From Trueperaceae bacterium (GTDB lineage Bacteria; Deinococcota; Deinococci; Deinococcales; Trueperaceae): a DNA stretch of 64,000 bases. Of the stretch, positions 39,353 to 48,838 are shown piece by piece. Numbering within the stretch: position 1 is the first letter of the stretch; each line of letters opens with the position of its first letter. The DNA lies in contig CBDCDZ010000004.1 of assembly GCA_965215565.1 (NCBI GenBank), forward strand, positions 2,304,001 through 2,368,000, written 5' to 3'. The position numbers and the translations under genes are program-made. The notes beneath the pieces were generated by a model, which saw only the letters and a program-made list of their open reading frames with translations, was not told where the DNA came from and did no database searches.

Positions 39353-40525
39353 ATGGCTGAACGCACTCGTCTCCTCTTGTTCACGGGTAAGGGCGGCGTC
39401 GGCAAGACCACCGTCGCGGCGGCGACGGCGTTGAGGGCGGCGCAGCGGGGCTACAAAACGCTCGTTTTATCCGTGGACCCGGCGCACAGCCTAGCGGACG
39501 CGCTCGCTATACCTTTAGGACCCGAGCCTCGAGAGGTGAGGGAAAACCTCTTCGCGCAAGAACTCGACGTGTACTACTCGATGAGCAAGCATTACGGCAG
39601 CGTCCGCGAACTGCTCCTGACCGTCTTCAAGTGGCAGGGCGTCGGGCGCGTGGAGGCGGAGGAGTTGGCTGCGTTGCCGGGGATGGAGGAGGCGTCGGCG
39701 TTTTTATGGCTCGAGCAGTTCTACCGCGAGGGCTTTTTCGACCTCATCGTGGTGGACAGCGCCCCCACGGGCGAAACCCTGACCCTCCTGACACTGCCCC
39801 AGGTGACGCAGTGGTGGCTCACCAAAGCGCTGCCGATGCAGAAGATGGCGTTCCAGTCGTTCGGCATGATGACGCGCATGACAACGGGCATCCCTTTAGA
39901 CGAGGGCTACCGCGAGTTGGATGACCTCTTCACGCGCTTAGAGCGCATCCGCGAGGTGGTGAGTGACCCTGAGGTCAGCTCGATTCGCTTGGTGACCAAC
40001 CCCGAGCGCATGGTGATTCGCGAGGCGCAGCGCACCTACACCTACTTGCAGCTCTACGGCTACCTGGTGGACGCCGTCATCACCAACCGCATCTTGCCGC
40101 CTATCAAAGACGAGATATTCGCGCCTTACCTAGAGGCGCAAGCCGCGCATTTGGAGGAGATCGAGGCGACGTTTGCGCCGCTGCCGAGCTTCCGCGTGCC
40201 GCACCTGGGGCGCGAAGTCTTCGGCTTGGACCTTTTGGAGCGCGTCGGCGAGGCGCTCTGGGGCGACATGGACCCGACTGACACGCTCTACCACGAGCGC
40301 CCTTACCGCGTCACCGAAGAGGGCAGGCGCTACCGCCTGTCACTTCACCTGCCGCTCTTAGAAGACGCGCCCGAAGTCGAGCAGATGGGGGACGCCCTGC
40401 TCATCCGCGTAGGCAAGCGGCGCAGGCACCTCGTGCTGCCGCGCTTTCTCGCGTATTACCAGATGCGGGAGTATGCGTTAGAGGACGAGTGGCTGAACGT
40501 TTGGTTCGAGGAAAGCCGGTCTTGA
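39353..40525 (+). CDS. ArsA/Get3-family ATPase with C-terminal HSP20-like domain
   Basis: GKGGVGKTT, SVDPAHSL, DSAPTG, NPERMV; start probably ATG 39353. Confidence 0.92.
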   Translation: MAERTRLLLFTGKGGVGKTTVAAATALRAAQRGYKTLVLSVDPAHSLADALAIPLGPEPREVRENLFAQELDVYYSMSKHYGSVRELLLTVFKWQGVGRVEAEELAALPGMEEASAFLWLEQFYREGFFDLIVVDSAPTGETLTLLTLPQVTQWWLTKALPMQKMAFQSFGMMTRMTTGIPLDEGYRELDDLFTRLERIREVVSDPEVSSIRLVTNPERMVIREAQRTYTYLQLYGYLVDAVITNRILPPIKDEIFAPYLEAQAAHLEEIEATFAPLPSFRVPHLGREVFGLDLLERVGEALWGDMDPTDTLYHERPYRVTEEGRRYRLSLHLPLLEDAPEVEQMGDALLIRVGKRRRHLVLPRFLAYYQMREYALEDEWLNVWFEESRS

Positions 40526-40580
40526 AGTAGAGAGAACCGCAGACTGCCACTAGTACCGTCCCTACGCGGTATAGACCCTC

Positions 40581-41561
40581 TTAATTGCCGCTCTCTTCCC
40601 TGAAGGGACGCTCGCTCTGCGGCTCGTCCTCGGCGTCCGCTCCCTCGCCCTGCCGCCGCTGCGACTCTTCAAAGAAGTAACGGTAGGTCTGGTTGTTCGG
40701 CTCGAGCTGCGAAGCGTTTTGATAAAAGGTCTCAGCGGCGGCGTAGTTGTTCGTTTCGAAGGCGGTGCGCCCCAGATAAGCCCACGCCGCCGGATAGCGG
40801 TCATTCAGGCTCGTCGCCCGCGCGAACTGCTCGCGGGCGGCGCGCCGTTCGCCCGCTTCGTAAAGCCGAACACCCTCTCTAAAGGCCGTAACCGCCTCCG
40901 TACCGTAACGCGCGCGCTCCTGAGCGAGCCTCAAGAAATACTCGGCGCTGGCGTCGTCCGGTTTAAGCTCGGCGACCTCTTGCCAATAGGTGATCGCTCT
41001 TTCGGGGCGGTTTGTTTCCAAGAGGATGCGCCCTGCCCAGGTGTACGCCTCGGGGTCTTCGGGAACGAGGTCAATGACCTCTGTGTAGAGGCGGAGCGCC
41101 TCGTCTTTGTCGTTTCGGCTGTAGCGCTCATACGCTAGCTCCGTGCCGACTTCGACGGCTTGCTCTCTCATCACGCGCGTGAGCGTGCCGCCCGCTTCTA
41201 AGTAGGCTTGCCAGTTTTGAAACGCGGGACCGTAAAAGTTTGTCACGCTATAGACCTCGGCTAAAAAGCGTAGCGGCTCGGGGCTGTCCGGGGCGAGTTG
41301 CGCCGCCTCGCGCCCGTAGCGAATCGCCTCTCGGAAGAGGGGCTGATCGGGGCGGTACGTGTCGTAGGTTTGGAGCGCTTCGGCGGCGTTCGCCTGGGCG
41401 CGGTCTAGGGTGCGCCTCGCCTCTTGTGAAAGTGGCGCGCTGATCTGGGCGGACGCAAAGGAGATGCAGAGCGCCAAACCTATGGTGAGCCAGCTCGAGC
41501 CTAAGCGCCGAGCACGCGCGCGCCTCTGCGCTACGTCATCCATTCTATCGTCTCGCTTCAT
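40581..41561 (-). CDS. Exported TPR-repeat protein
   Basis: Signal peptide; several A...P...A...LG/AG TPR patterns. Confidence 0.85.
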   Translation of the reverse strand: MKRDDRMDDVAQRRARARRLGSSWLTIGLALCISFASAQISAPLSQEARRTLDRAQANAAEALQTYDTYRPDQPLFREAIRYGREAAQLAPDSPEPLRFLAEVYSVTNFYGPAFQNWQAYLEAGGTLTRVMREQAVEVGTELAYERYSRNDKDEALRLYTEVIDLVPEDPEAYTWAGRILLETNRPERAITYWQEVAELKPDDASAEYFLRLAQERARYGTEAVTAFREGVRLYEAGERRAAREQFARATSLNDRYPAAWAYLGRTAFETNNYAAAETFYQNASQLEPNNQTYRYFFEESQRRQGEGADAEDEPQSERPFREESGN

Positions 41562-41907
41562 CTTTACGTTCTCCTCTACTCAGCACTTAGGTGTTGACAA
41601 GGTAGTTTGAGCACCGTAGTCACGCCGCTACATATCGCGGAACTCGCTGGGGCGGACGCCAGACCACGCTTCCTTGACTGAGAGTGTAGCAAATCAACCT
41701 CAGCTCGACCGTATGTAAAGGATGAAGGGCGCGTTTAGATTGCTCCGCTCTTGGTCACCGGCAACTCACCACGTACTGTGCGAACAGTGACACGATATCT
41801 GTAAGAGGTTGAGCAAGGGGTACAACCCCCTGTTTATCATATAGAAACGGCGCAAGAAGCGCACGTTAGCATTCGACTTGAAACTACTACCTCTATGTAA
41901 ATACCTA

Positions 41908-42148
41908 TAGCAGTTCCACTTATCGTTGCTTGAACGGAGTTATTCCCGGAGGGAAACTTCGTAAGCGAAGCAACACTTCTCCGCAGATCTCAGCCTGTCA
42001 AGGCTAGCGGAATTTCATCACCTAAAGTGCGTGCTAATTACGAAGTTTTCCGATTACGAAGTTTTCCGCAAGAAAGGAAACGATGTTCTTTTTAGTGAGA
42101 GCGTTGCTTCGCATGGCTTCGCCCAAGCTGACCAGATGATAGCTGCTA
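41908..42148 (-). mobile_element. MITE-like element, family A (inverted)
   Basis: TA|TAGCAGTTCC...CTGACCAGATGATAGCTGCTA; contains a tandem ATTACGAAGTTTTCCG duplication. Confidence 0.75.
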
Positions 42149-42698
42149 CTACTTATGTGAATACGAAGCGAGACGCCTTCTGCTAACCAGATACCAGACG
42201 TGCCGAAAACTCGTCAACATCCACGTCTCGCACTTATCCGGTAGATGTATGTGACAATCCTACGCGGGGGGTCTCTTCTCGTGAGGTATCTTGTAGAGCG
42301 TTTCGCTTAGTTTTGTGAAAGCACCTCTTCTCCTGGTGGACGTTTCACCGAGTCGCCTTTTTACTGCTACGAAACACCGCACGTGACACTGCGCGAAACA
42401 CCACTACGAAACAACTGTGAAATATTCGCCTCTGTAAAGTAGCTGGAGGATGCTTATATGAAAGGTAATCATATGAATGTAGCGTTAGAAATATGGTTTA
42501 CACTAAGGTAAAGTACGGGCGGAAGAGATTGCGCTTAGGTTGAGCGGCGAGACTTATCTAAAGCTGAGCGAGGGATTTAGGCGGCAGGGCTAAGCTGCGA
42601 AACTGAGCAGCAAAGCTGGGCAGTGAGACTTCAATAGAGAGTAGGCTCATGAGGCTGAAACGGAAATATAACGGCGCGAGCATTGTGAGCGTCAAGCG

Positions 42699-43949
42699 GT
42701 GAATATCTGGTTCGTCACCATGAATTTTCCTATCTTGGCAGAAACGTTCGCTATCAGCGACGTACGCACCCTTAAAGACGCCGGGGTTGACATCTCTGTT
42801 CACGCGCTGCGCTCCGCGCAGAGCGCCGCGCCCAAGTTGACCGAACAGCGCTTGGCGGACGTGCCGATCACGCAGAGCCACGCGGGGGCGATATTGGAGG
42901 GCGTGGCGCTCATGTTCAAACGCCCTAACGTCGCCTTTGCGCTGCTCGCTTGGATCACGCGCCACAGCCTCAAAGGTCCGAAGCGCAGCAGGCGCTTGGA
43001 GCAGCTCGTAAAGAGCGCGCTGCTCGCGCCGCGCACGCTGCAGCTTTTTGACGCACTCGAGCGGAGCAAACCCGACGTTGTCCACCTCTTCTGGGGACAT
43101 TATCCGGCGATGTTCGCGTACCTCGTGCAGCGCTATCACCCAGAAATCGTCAGCTCGGTCTTTTTGGGCGCGTATGACCTCAAAACGGCGTATGGCGGCA
43201 GCGCGCCTGTAGCGCGCCAGGCTGACGTCGTCTGGACGCACGCGCACGCCAACGTCGAGGAGATTAAACGGCTTGGGGTAGGCGGGAGCCTCATCCACGT
43301 CGCGTACCGGGGCGTCGATCTGACGCGCTTTAAGGAGGTGGATTGGCAGCGCAAGGTCAAAAGGCGCATTGTGACAGCGGGCAGGCTCGCCTCGTTCAAG
43401 AAGATGGACGACGTGCTTAGAGTCTTTCAGCAGACGCTGGAGAGGTGGCCCGACGCGACTTTGGTGGTACTCGGCGACGGACCTGAGCGCGAACGCTTAG
43501 AGGCGCTCAGCCGCTCGCTCGGCGTCGCTCACGCAGTTACCTTCCGGGGTCACGTCGCGCACGAGGACGTTTTCGTAGAGATGGCACAAGCTGAAGTCTT
43601 TTTGCTCATGTCGCAGCACAGCGCGGAGCGCCTGCCTAACGTCGTTAAAGAGGCGATGGGCTGCCGCTGCGTCTGCGTCACGACGCGGACGCCCGGTATC
43701 GAGGAGCTGCTCGTTCACGGCGAACACGGCTTCGTGGTGGCGCGAGGCGACGTGGCGGACGCCGCTCACCACGTCGCGGAGGTCTTCGCCGATATGGGTG
43801 TGGCGCAGCGGTTGACAGGAGCCGCTTACACGCACCTAAAGCGCCACTTCGACATCCACAGGCTCGCAGAATTTTATAAGGACACGTGGCGTACGCTCCT
43901 GAGCGAGAAAGGGACGCGCGACTCAGCAGCGGAGCCTCAAAGCAGATGA
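42699..43949 (+). CDS. GT4 glycosyltransferase (WcaL-like)
   Basis: FP..AETF, AGRL...K, GDGPER, ERLPNVVKEAM, GIEEL. Confidence 0.9.
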   Translation: MNIWFVTMNFPILAETFAISDVRTLKDAGVDISVHALRSAQSAAPKLTEQRLADVPITQSHAGAILEGVALMFKRPNVAFALLAWITRHSLKGPKRSRRLEQLVKSALLAPRTLQLFDALERSKPDVVHLFWGHYPAMFAYLVQRYHPEIVSSVFLGAYDLKTAYGGSAPVARQADVVWTHAHANVEEIKRLGVGGSLIHVAYRGVDLTRFKEVDWQRKVKRRIVTAGRLASFKKMDDVLRVFQQTLERWPDATLVVLGDGPERERLEALSRSLGVAHAVTFRGHVAHEDVFVEMAQAEVFLLMSQHSAERLPNVVKEAMGCRCVCVTTRTPGIEELLVHGEHGFVVARGDVADAAHHVAEVFADMGVAQRLTGAAYTHLKRHFDIHRLAEFYKDTWRTLLSEKGTRDSAAEPQSR

Positions 43950-44081
43950 GAGGATGCGCCCCGCACTCCCTCTAACTGAGTATAGCGGCTCACCGCGCCG
44001 TCAGCGCCCCTTGCATGTTATCTTGCGTTAAGCTCTAGCCCCGCCTCCTAAAGAGCTTGGGGCGCTCTCGAGCGAGACCTC

Positions 44082-45290
44082 ATGCGCATTATCTACCTCC
44101 ATCAGTACTTTCACACCCCCGCCGTCGCGGGCAGCATCCGCTCTTACGAGATGGCGCGGCGCTTCGTAGCGTGGGGTCACGAGGTGCACCTCATCACCTC
44201 GAACCGAGAGGGAGGGGGCGCGTACAGGAGCGAAGAGGCAGGCGTTCAAGTCCACTGGCTTAGCGTGCCTTACTCGAATATGCTGGGTACCTATGGGCGC
44301 ATCCGGGCATTTTTTCAGTTCGCTTGGCGCGCAGCGCATAGAGCGGCGGCACTAGAGGGCGATCTCATCTTCGCGACGAGCACCCCACTGACCATCGCCC
44401 TACCCGCCGTCTACGCGGCGAAGCGCAAGGGCGTGCCGATGGTTTTTGAGGTGCGCGACTTGTGGCCCGAGTTGCCCGTCGCGGTGGGCACGCTTAGAGG
44501 GTATCCGCTCATCGCGGCGGCGCAGCATTTGGAGCGTTTCGCCTACCGCAACGCGGCGCACGTCGTCGCGCTCTCACCGGGGATGAAAGCGGGCGTGGTG
44601 CGCACGGGCTACCCGGCGGAGCGCGTTCACGTGATTCCGAACAGCGCGGACCTAGACCTCTTCGGCGTGCCTGCGGCGGCGGGCGCTGAGTTTCGCGCTC
44701 AATACCCTTGGCTGGGGGAGCGCCCCCTCATCCTCTACGCGGGCACGCTCGGCGCGATCAACGGCGTCGGCTACTTGGCGCGGCTCGCCGCCGCACTCCA
44801 AGAATGTGCGCCCGAGGTGTGCTTTTTGGTCATCGGTCACGGACCTGAAGAGGAGAAGATTCGCGCCCTAGCGCGCGAGCTAGGTGTGCTAGACCAGGCC
44901 TTTTTCATGATCCCCAAAGTTCCCAAATCCGCTATGCCCGCCGTTCTCTCAGCGACGACGGTAGCTACCTCGCTCTTCATCGACTTAGAGGAGATGTGGG
45001 TCAACTCAGCGAACAAGTTCTTCGACGCGCTCGCCTCGGGCACGCCCGTCGCGATCAACTACGGCGGCTGGCAGGCAGACCTTTTAAGCGAGCACGGCGC
45101 GGGTTTGGTCTTGGACCCTCACGATATAGAGGGTTCAGCGCAGCGGCTGCTCGAGAAACTCGGCGACGAAAGGTGGCTAGCCCGAGCGGGAGAAGCGTCG
45201 CGACACCTCGCCGAGACGCACTTCTCGCGCGACGAACTCGCGAAGCGGTTAGAAGAGGTGTTGGTGCGGGCGCTCGAGGCTTCACCATGA
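44082..45290 (+). CDS. GT4 glycosyltransferase (WbuB-like)
   Basis: HQYF.TP, TSTPL, FEVRDLWPE, YAGTLG, NSANKFFDALA. Confidence 0.92.
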   Translation: MRIIYLHQYFHTPAVAGSIRSYEMARRFVAWGHEVHLITSNREGGGAYRSEEAGVQVHWLSVPYSNMLGTYGRIRAFFQFAWRAAHRAAALEGDLIFATSTPLTIALPAVYAAKRKGVPMVFEVRDLWPELPVAVGTLRGYPLIAAAQHLERFAYRNAAHVVALSPGMKAGVVRTGYPAERVHVIPNSADLDLFGVPAAAGAEFRAQYPWLGERPLILYAGTLGAINGVGYLARLAAALQECAPEVCFLVIGHGPEEEKIRALARELGVLDQAFFMIPKVPKSAMPAVLSATTVATSLFIDLEEMWVNSANKFFDALASGTPVAINYGGWQADLLSEHGAGLVLDPHDIEGSAQRLLEKLGDERWLARAGEASRHLAETHFSRDELAKRLEEVLVRALEASP

Positions 45291-45396
45291 GGGGCTGAAC
45301 ACGCCTATCTCTGCTCTCAACCTCTTCGAACACCACACCATCTTTTAGTGAGGCAGTTATTCCGCAGCGAAACAACCTTCCTAGACCTCTTCTGTA

Positions 45397-45492
45397 AGCA
45401 GTTCCAAAACATACTGAGACGGATGAGCGCAGCTTAACGGAACCTCATCTCAGAATGTGCGTGATTTTGTCTCAGTGTGTCGTAGAACTGCT
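45397..45492. mobile_element. Short MITE-like element, family A, with right-type ends on both sides
   Basis: AGCAGTTCCAAAACATACTGAGAC...GTCTCAGTGTGTCGTAGAACTGCT (24-bp imperfect TIR). Confidence 0.75.
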
Positions 45493-45712
45493 GACGGATT
45501 AGACCCGAGCCAACGTTTAGGTAAAGCAGACGAACCGCCGTCCCGGTCCACTTCGTAAAATTCTATCGCTCCTCTCACCCGTAAAGGCGGTAGGGTAACG
45601 TCGGTATGAACGCACACTCCTCTCAGCTTACGTGCTCCGGCGGCGAGCCGCCTCTCACATCGAAACGTTCGGCATTGAAACGCTCAGCATTACAACGTTC
45701 AAGAGGTCCGCA

Positions 45713-47482
45713 GTGAGCCTCGACGCTTGGTTCACCCTGAGCCTCGTGCTGGGTCTAGTCGGTTTGCTCAGCGCCACGAAGATAAGCCCCGACATCATCT
45801 TGAGCGCGGGGCTCACCCTCCTGCTCGTCTTCGGCATCCTCACGCCCGAAGAGGCGTTTTCGGGCTTCGCCAATCCGGGCGTGATCACGGTGGGCGTGCT
45901 CTATATCGTCGTGGCGGGCTTGCAGGAGACGGGCGGCGTCCACTGGTTGTCGCAGCGGCTCTTGGGCAAGCCTAAGTCGCTCGCCGACGCGCAACTCAGA
46001 CTCATGACGCCCGTCACGCTCATCAGCGCGTTTTTGAACAACACGCCCGTCGTCGCCATGCTCATCCCGGCGGTGAACGACTGGGCGCGGCGGCATGGGC
46101 TCGCCGTCTCCAAGCTGATGATTCCCCTCTCCTACGCCGCTATCTTAGGCGGCACCTGCACGCTTATCGGGACGAGCACGAACCTAGTCGTGAACGGGCT
46201 CCTGATCAGCCGCGCGGGGCTACCCGGACTGGGCATGTTTTCGCTCGCCTGGGTGGGCTTGCCGACGGCGATTATAGGCTTCGGTTTCATCCTCTTCGCG
46301 GGGCGCTGGCTTCTGCCGGACAACGCCTCGAGGACGCGGTGGCTCGACAACCCCAAGGAGTACAGCGTCGAGATGCTCGTCGAGAGAGGCGGACCGCTCG
46401 TCGGGCAGACCATAGAAGACGCGGGGCTGCGGCAACTCCCCGGCATGTATCTGGCTGAGATCGACCGGAAAGGTCAAATTCTGCCCGCTGTCTCGCCGCA
46501 GGAGACCCTCCACGCGGAGGACCGGCTGCTCTTCGTTGGCATCGTCGAATCGGTAGCGGACCTGCAGAAGATTCGCGGCATCACGCCCGCCACGAACCAG
46601 ATTTTTAAGCTGGGCTCCCAGCGTTCAGAGCGGATGCTCGTCGAGGCGGTGGTCTCGAGCAGTTGCCCGCTCGTCGGGCAGAGCATCCGCGAGGGCAACT
46701 TCCGCTCGTATTATAACGCGGTCATCATCGCCGTAGCCAGGAACGGCGAGCGGGTCAAGCGCAAAGTCGGCGACATCGTCTTGCGCCCCGGCGACACGCT
46801 GCTCCTAGAGGCGAAGGCGTCTTTTGTGGAGCAGCAGCGCAACTCGCGCGACTTCTTCTTGGTCAGCGGCGTCGCCAACTCCACGCCGCCGCGCTATGAC
46901 CGGGCGCTCGTCGCGGTGACGATTCTAGCCGCGATGATCCTCACCGTGATCGTCGGGTTGCTGCCGATTTTAGAGGCAGCGATGCTCGCCGCAGGACTTA
47001 TGATCATCACGCGCTGCTGCACGGGCGCGGTGGCGCGTCGGAGCGTCGACTGGCGCGTGCTCATCACCATCGCGGCGGCGTTCGGCATCGGCGAAGCGTT
47101 GGAGGTGACAGGCGCGGCGCAGTCGCTGGCGAACAGCCTCGTCGGGTTCGCAGGCAGCGAGCCGCTCGCGGTACTCGCTGTGCTCTACGCGGTCACGGCG
47201 CTCTTCAGCAGCCTGATTACGAACAATGCGGCGGCGGTACTCGTCTTCCCTATCGCGCTCTCTTTGGCAACTGACCTGGACGTGAACCTCATGCCCTTCG
47301 CCATCGGCATCATCATGGCAGCGTCCGCGAGCTTCGCGACGCCCATCAGCTACCAGACCAATCTGATGGTCTACGGACCTGGCGGCTACCGCTTCAGTGA
47401 CTACCTCAAGATCGGCTTGCCGCTCAACCTCTTGACCGCGATTATCGCGCTCCTTATCATCCCACGTATTTGGTCTTTCTAG
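45713..47482 (+). CDS. SLC13/DASS permease with TrkA-C domains (putative sulfate/anion transporter)
   Basis: SAFLNNTPVV, GGTCTLIGTSTN, TNNAAA, ATPISYQTNLMV; start moved to GTG 45713. Confidence 0.92.
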   Translation: MSLDAWFTLSLVLGLVGLLSATKISPDIILSAGLTLLLVFGILTPEEAFSGFANPGVITVGVLYIVVAGLQETGGVHWLSQRLLGKPKSLADAQLRLMTPVTLISAFLNNTPVVAMLIPAVNDWARRHGLAVSKLMIPLSYAAILGGTCTLIGTSTNLVVNGLLISRAGLPGLGMFSLAWVGLPTAIIGFGFILFAGRWLLPDNASRTRWLDNPKEYSVEMLVERGGPLVGQTIEDAGLRQLPGMYLAEIDRKGQILPAVSPQETLHAEDRLLFVGIVESVADLQKIRGITPATNQIFKLGSQRSERMLVEAVVSSSCPLVGQSIREGNFRSYYNAVIIAVARNGERVKRKVGDIVLRPGDTLLLEAKASFVEQQRNSRDFFLVSGVANSTPPRYDRALVAVTILAAMILTVIVGLLPILEAAMLAAGLMIITRCCTGAVARRSVDWRVLITIAAAFGIGEALEVTGAAQSLANSLVGFAGSEPLAVLAVLYAVTALFSSLITNNAAAVLVFPIALSLATDLDVNLMPFAIGIIMAASASFATPISYQTNLMVYGPGGYRFSDYLKIGLPLNLLTAIIALLIIPRIWSF

Positions 47483-47544
47483 CAGGTCTCACACGGATGA
47501 AGCGTGGTGTGAGGCTCGAGCCCTGTTTGCACAACCCGCCTAAG

Positions 47545-47767
47545 TACACTGTCCGCTAAAAAATGAACCATGTCATTCTGAACGTAACGAAGTGGAGTGA
47601 AAGAATCTCGTCTTCCATTCCCAACTAGCCGAGATTGCGAGTTACGAAGTTTTGACATAGTCAACCGAGACCCTTACGCCTTCGCCGAAGCTTCACGTCA
47701 CCCCGTTCCCGCTGGCTACTTCGTGAACGGGGTGACAACAGTATCGCATCCCTTACTTAACGATGTA
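47545..47767. repeat. Palindromic intergenic element, family B
   Basis: TACACTGTC..CTAAAAAAT..CATGTCATTCTGA.CGTA..AAG.GGAG.GAAAGAATCTC shared (inverted) with 60238-60397. Confidence 0.75.
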
Positions 47768-47913
47768 CTAAGTGTCAAGGTATAAACAAGAGGCTGTTAA
47801 TTTAGCTAGCGAACACGGCGATGGACAGCACGAAAAGCACTTACATTGACCCAACGCCCATCTCGAGTTGAACTCGAGCCCTCCACCATACGAAATACAT
47901 TCGAAGGAGCCCC

Positions 47914-48747
47914 ATGAACTCAGCCACAGCTCTAACAAACGAAACTTTGCAAGCCCTCGTGCCGGAACTACTCGAGGTAGCCGAGCGCGCTGGCGACACC
48001 GTTTTAGAGGTCTACAACCGCGCCGACGTAGGTGTGACCTACAAAGAGGACGACTCGCCGCTGACCCAGGCGGACTTGGCTTCGCAGAAGGTGATCGCCG
48101 AGGCGTTGGGGCGGCTCACGCCAGACGTGCCCATCCTGTCCGAAGAGTCTAAAGCCGCGCCCTTCGAGACGCGCCGAGACTGGTCCGCCTTCTGGCTCGT
48201 GGACCCTTTAGACGGCACGAAGGAGTTCGTCAAGCGCAACGGCGAATTCACCGTCAACATCGCCTTAATTGATCAGGGTGCGCCGCGCTTCGGCGTCGTG
48301 CACGCGCCCGTGCTGCGCACAACCTACTGGGCTGACTCGTCTTTGGGCGCGTTCAAAGTGGAGAACGGTGAGCAGAGGACGATTCGCGCCGCGCCGCACG
48401 CCCCAGGCGAGCCGCTCAAGGTGGTGACGAGCCGCTCTCACGCGGGCGAGGAGACGGAGGCGCTCTTGGTGCGTTTAGAAACTTACGCACCCGTCGAGCG
48501 TCTCTCCATCGGCAGCTCGCTCAAGCTCTGTTTAGTTGCGGAGGGCGCGGCGCACCTCTACCCGCGCTTCGGTCCGACGATGGAGTGGGACACCGCCGCC
48601 GCGCAGTGCGTGGCGGAGACTGCGGGCGCTCAGGTGGGCGACTTGGCGGGCGGACGTTTGCGCTACAACAAGGAGAACCTGCTCAACCCCTACTTCGTCG
48701 TCAGCTCGAGCCCAGAGCTTTATCAGCGGACGATTGCCGAGGGGTAG
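47914..48747 (+). CDS. cysQ: 3'(2'),5'-bisphosphate nucleotidase
   Basis: K.D.SPLT.AD, SEE, WLVDPLDGTKEF, GEFTVNIAL, SRSH, GSSLK, EWDTAA. Confidence 0.96.
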   Translation: MNSATALTNETLQALVPELLEVAERAGDTVLEVYNRADVGVTYKEDDSPLTQADLASQKVIAEALGRLTPDVPILSEESKAAPFETRRDWSAFWLVDPLDGTKEFVKRNGEFTVNIALIDQGAPRFGVVHAPVLRTTYWADSSLGAFKVENGEQRTIRAAPHAPGEPLKVVTSRSHAGEETEALLVRLETYAPVERLSIGSSLKLCLVAEGAAHLYPRFGPTMEWDTAAAQCVAETAGAQVGDLAGGRLRYNKENLLNPYFVVSSSPELYQRTIAEG

Positions 48748-48838
48748 CGAGGGTCAAGAGCGCAATTACAGAATAGAGGAGGCAGAATCCAGACACCTTC
48801 ATTCTACATTCTCCCTTCCCCTTCTCTTATTCTTCCTT

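Noticed and set aside
39202..39360. 52-codon ORF overlapping the ArsA-like start, with a CATACT box upstream
   Set aside because: Composition is not protein-like and has no motif; could be a decayed gene but is unsupported
39353..40525. ArsA-like gene as arsenic resistance
   Set aside because: Single-domain form with an HSP20-like tail and no ars neighbours; fits the Get3-like class
42368..42415. Three CGAAACA repeats upstream of the GT4 pair
   Set aside because: Short and irregularly spaced; insufficient to call a site
42558..43298. 246-aa minus-strand ORF (also 21396-22088, 23978-24562, 35576-36166, 63057-63629)
   Set aside because: Each overlaps a well-supported gene; typical GC-rich shadow ORFs
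45586..45593. GGCGGTAG resembling an ops/JUMPstart site in a glycan locus
   Set aside because: An 8-mer is likely by chance, it lacks the rest of the consensus, and RfaH is not expected in this lineage
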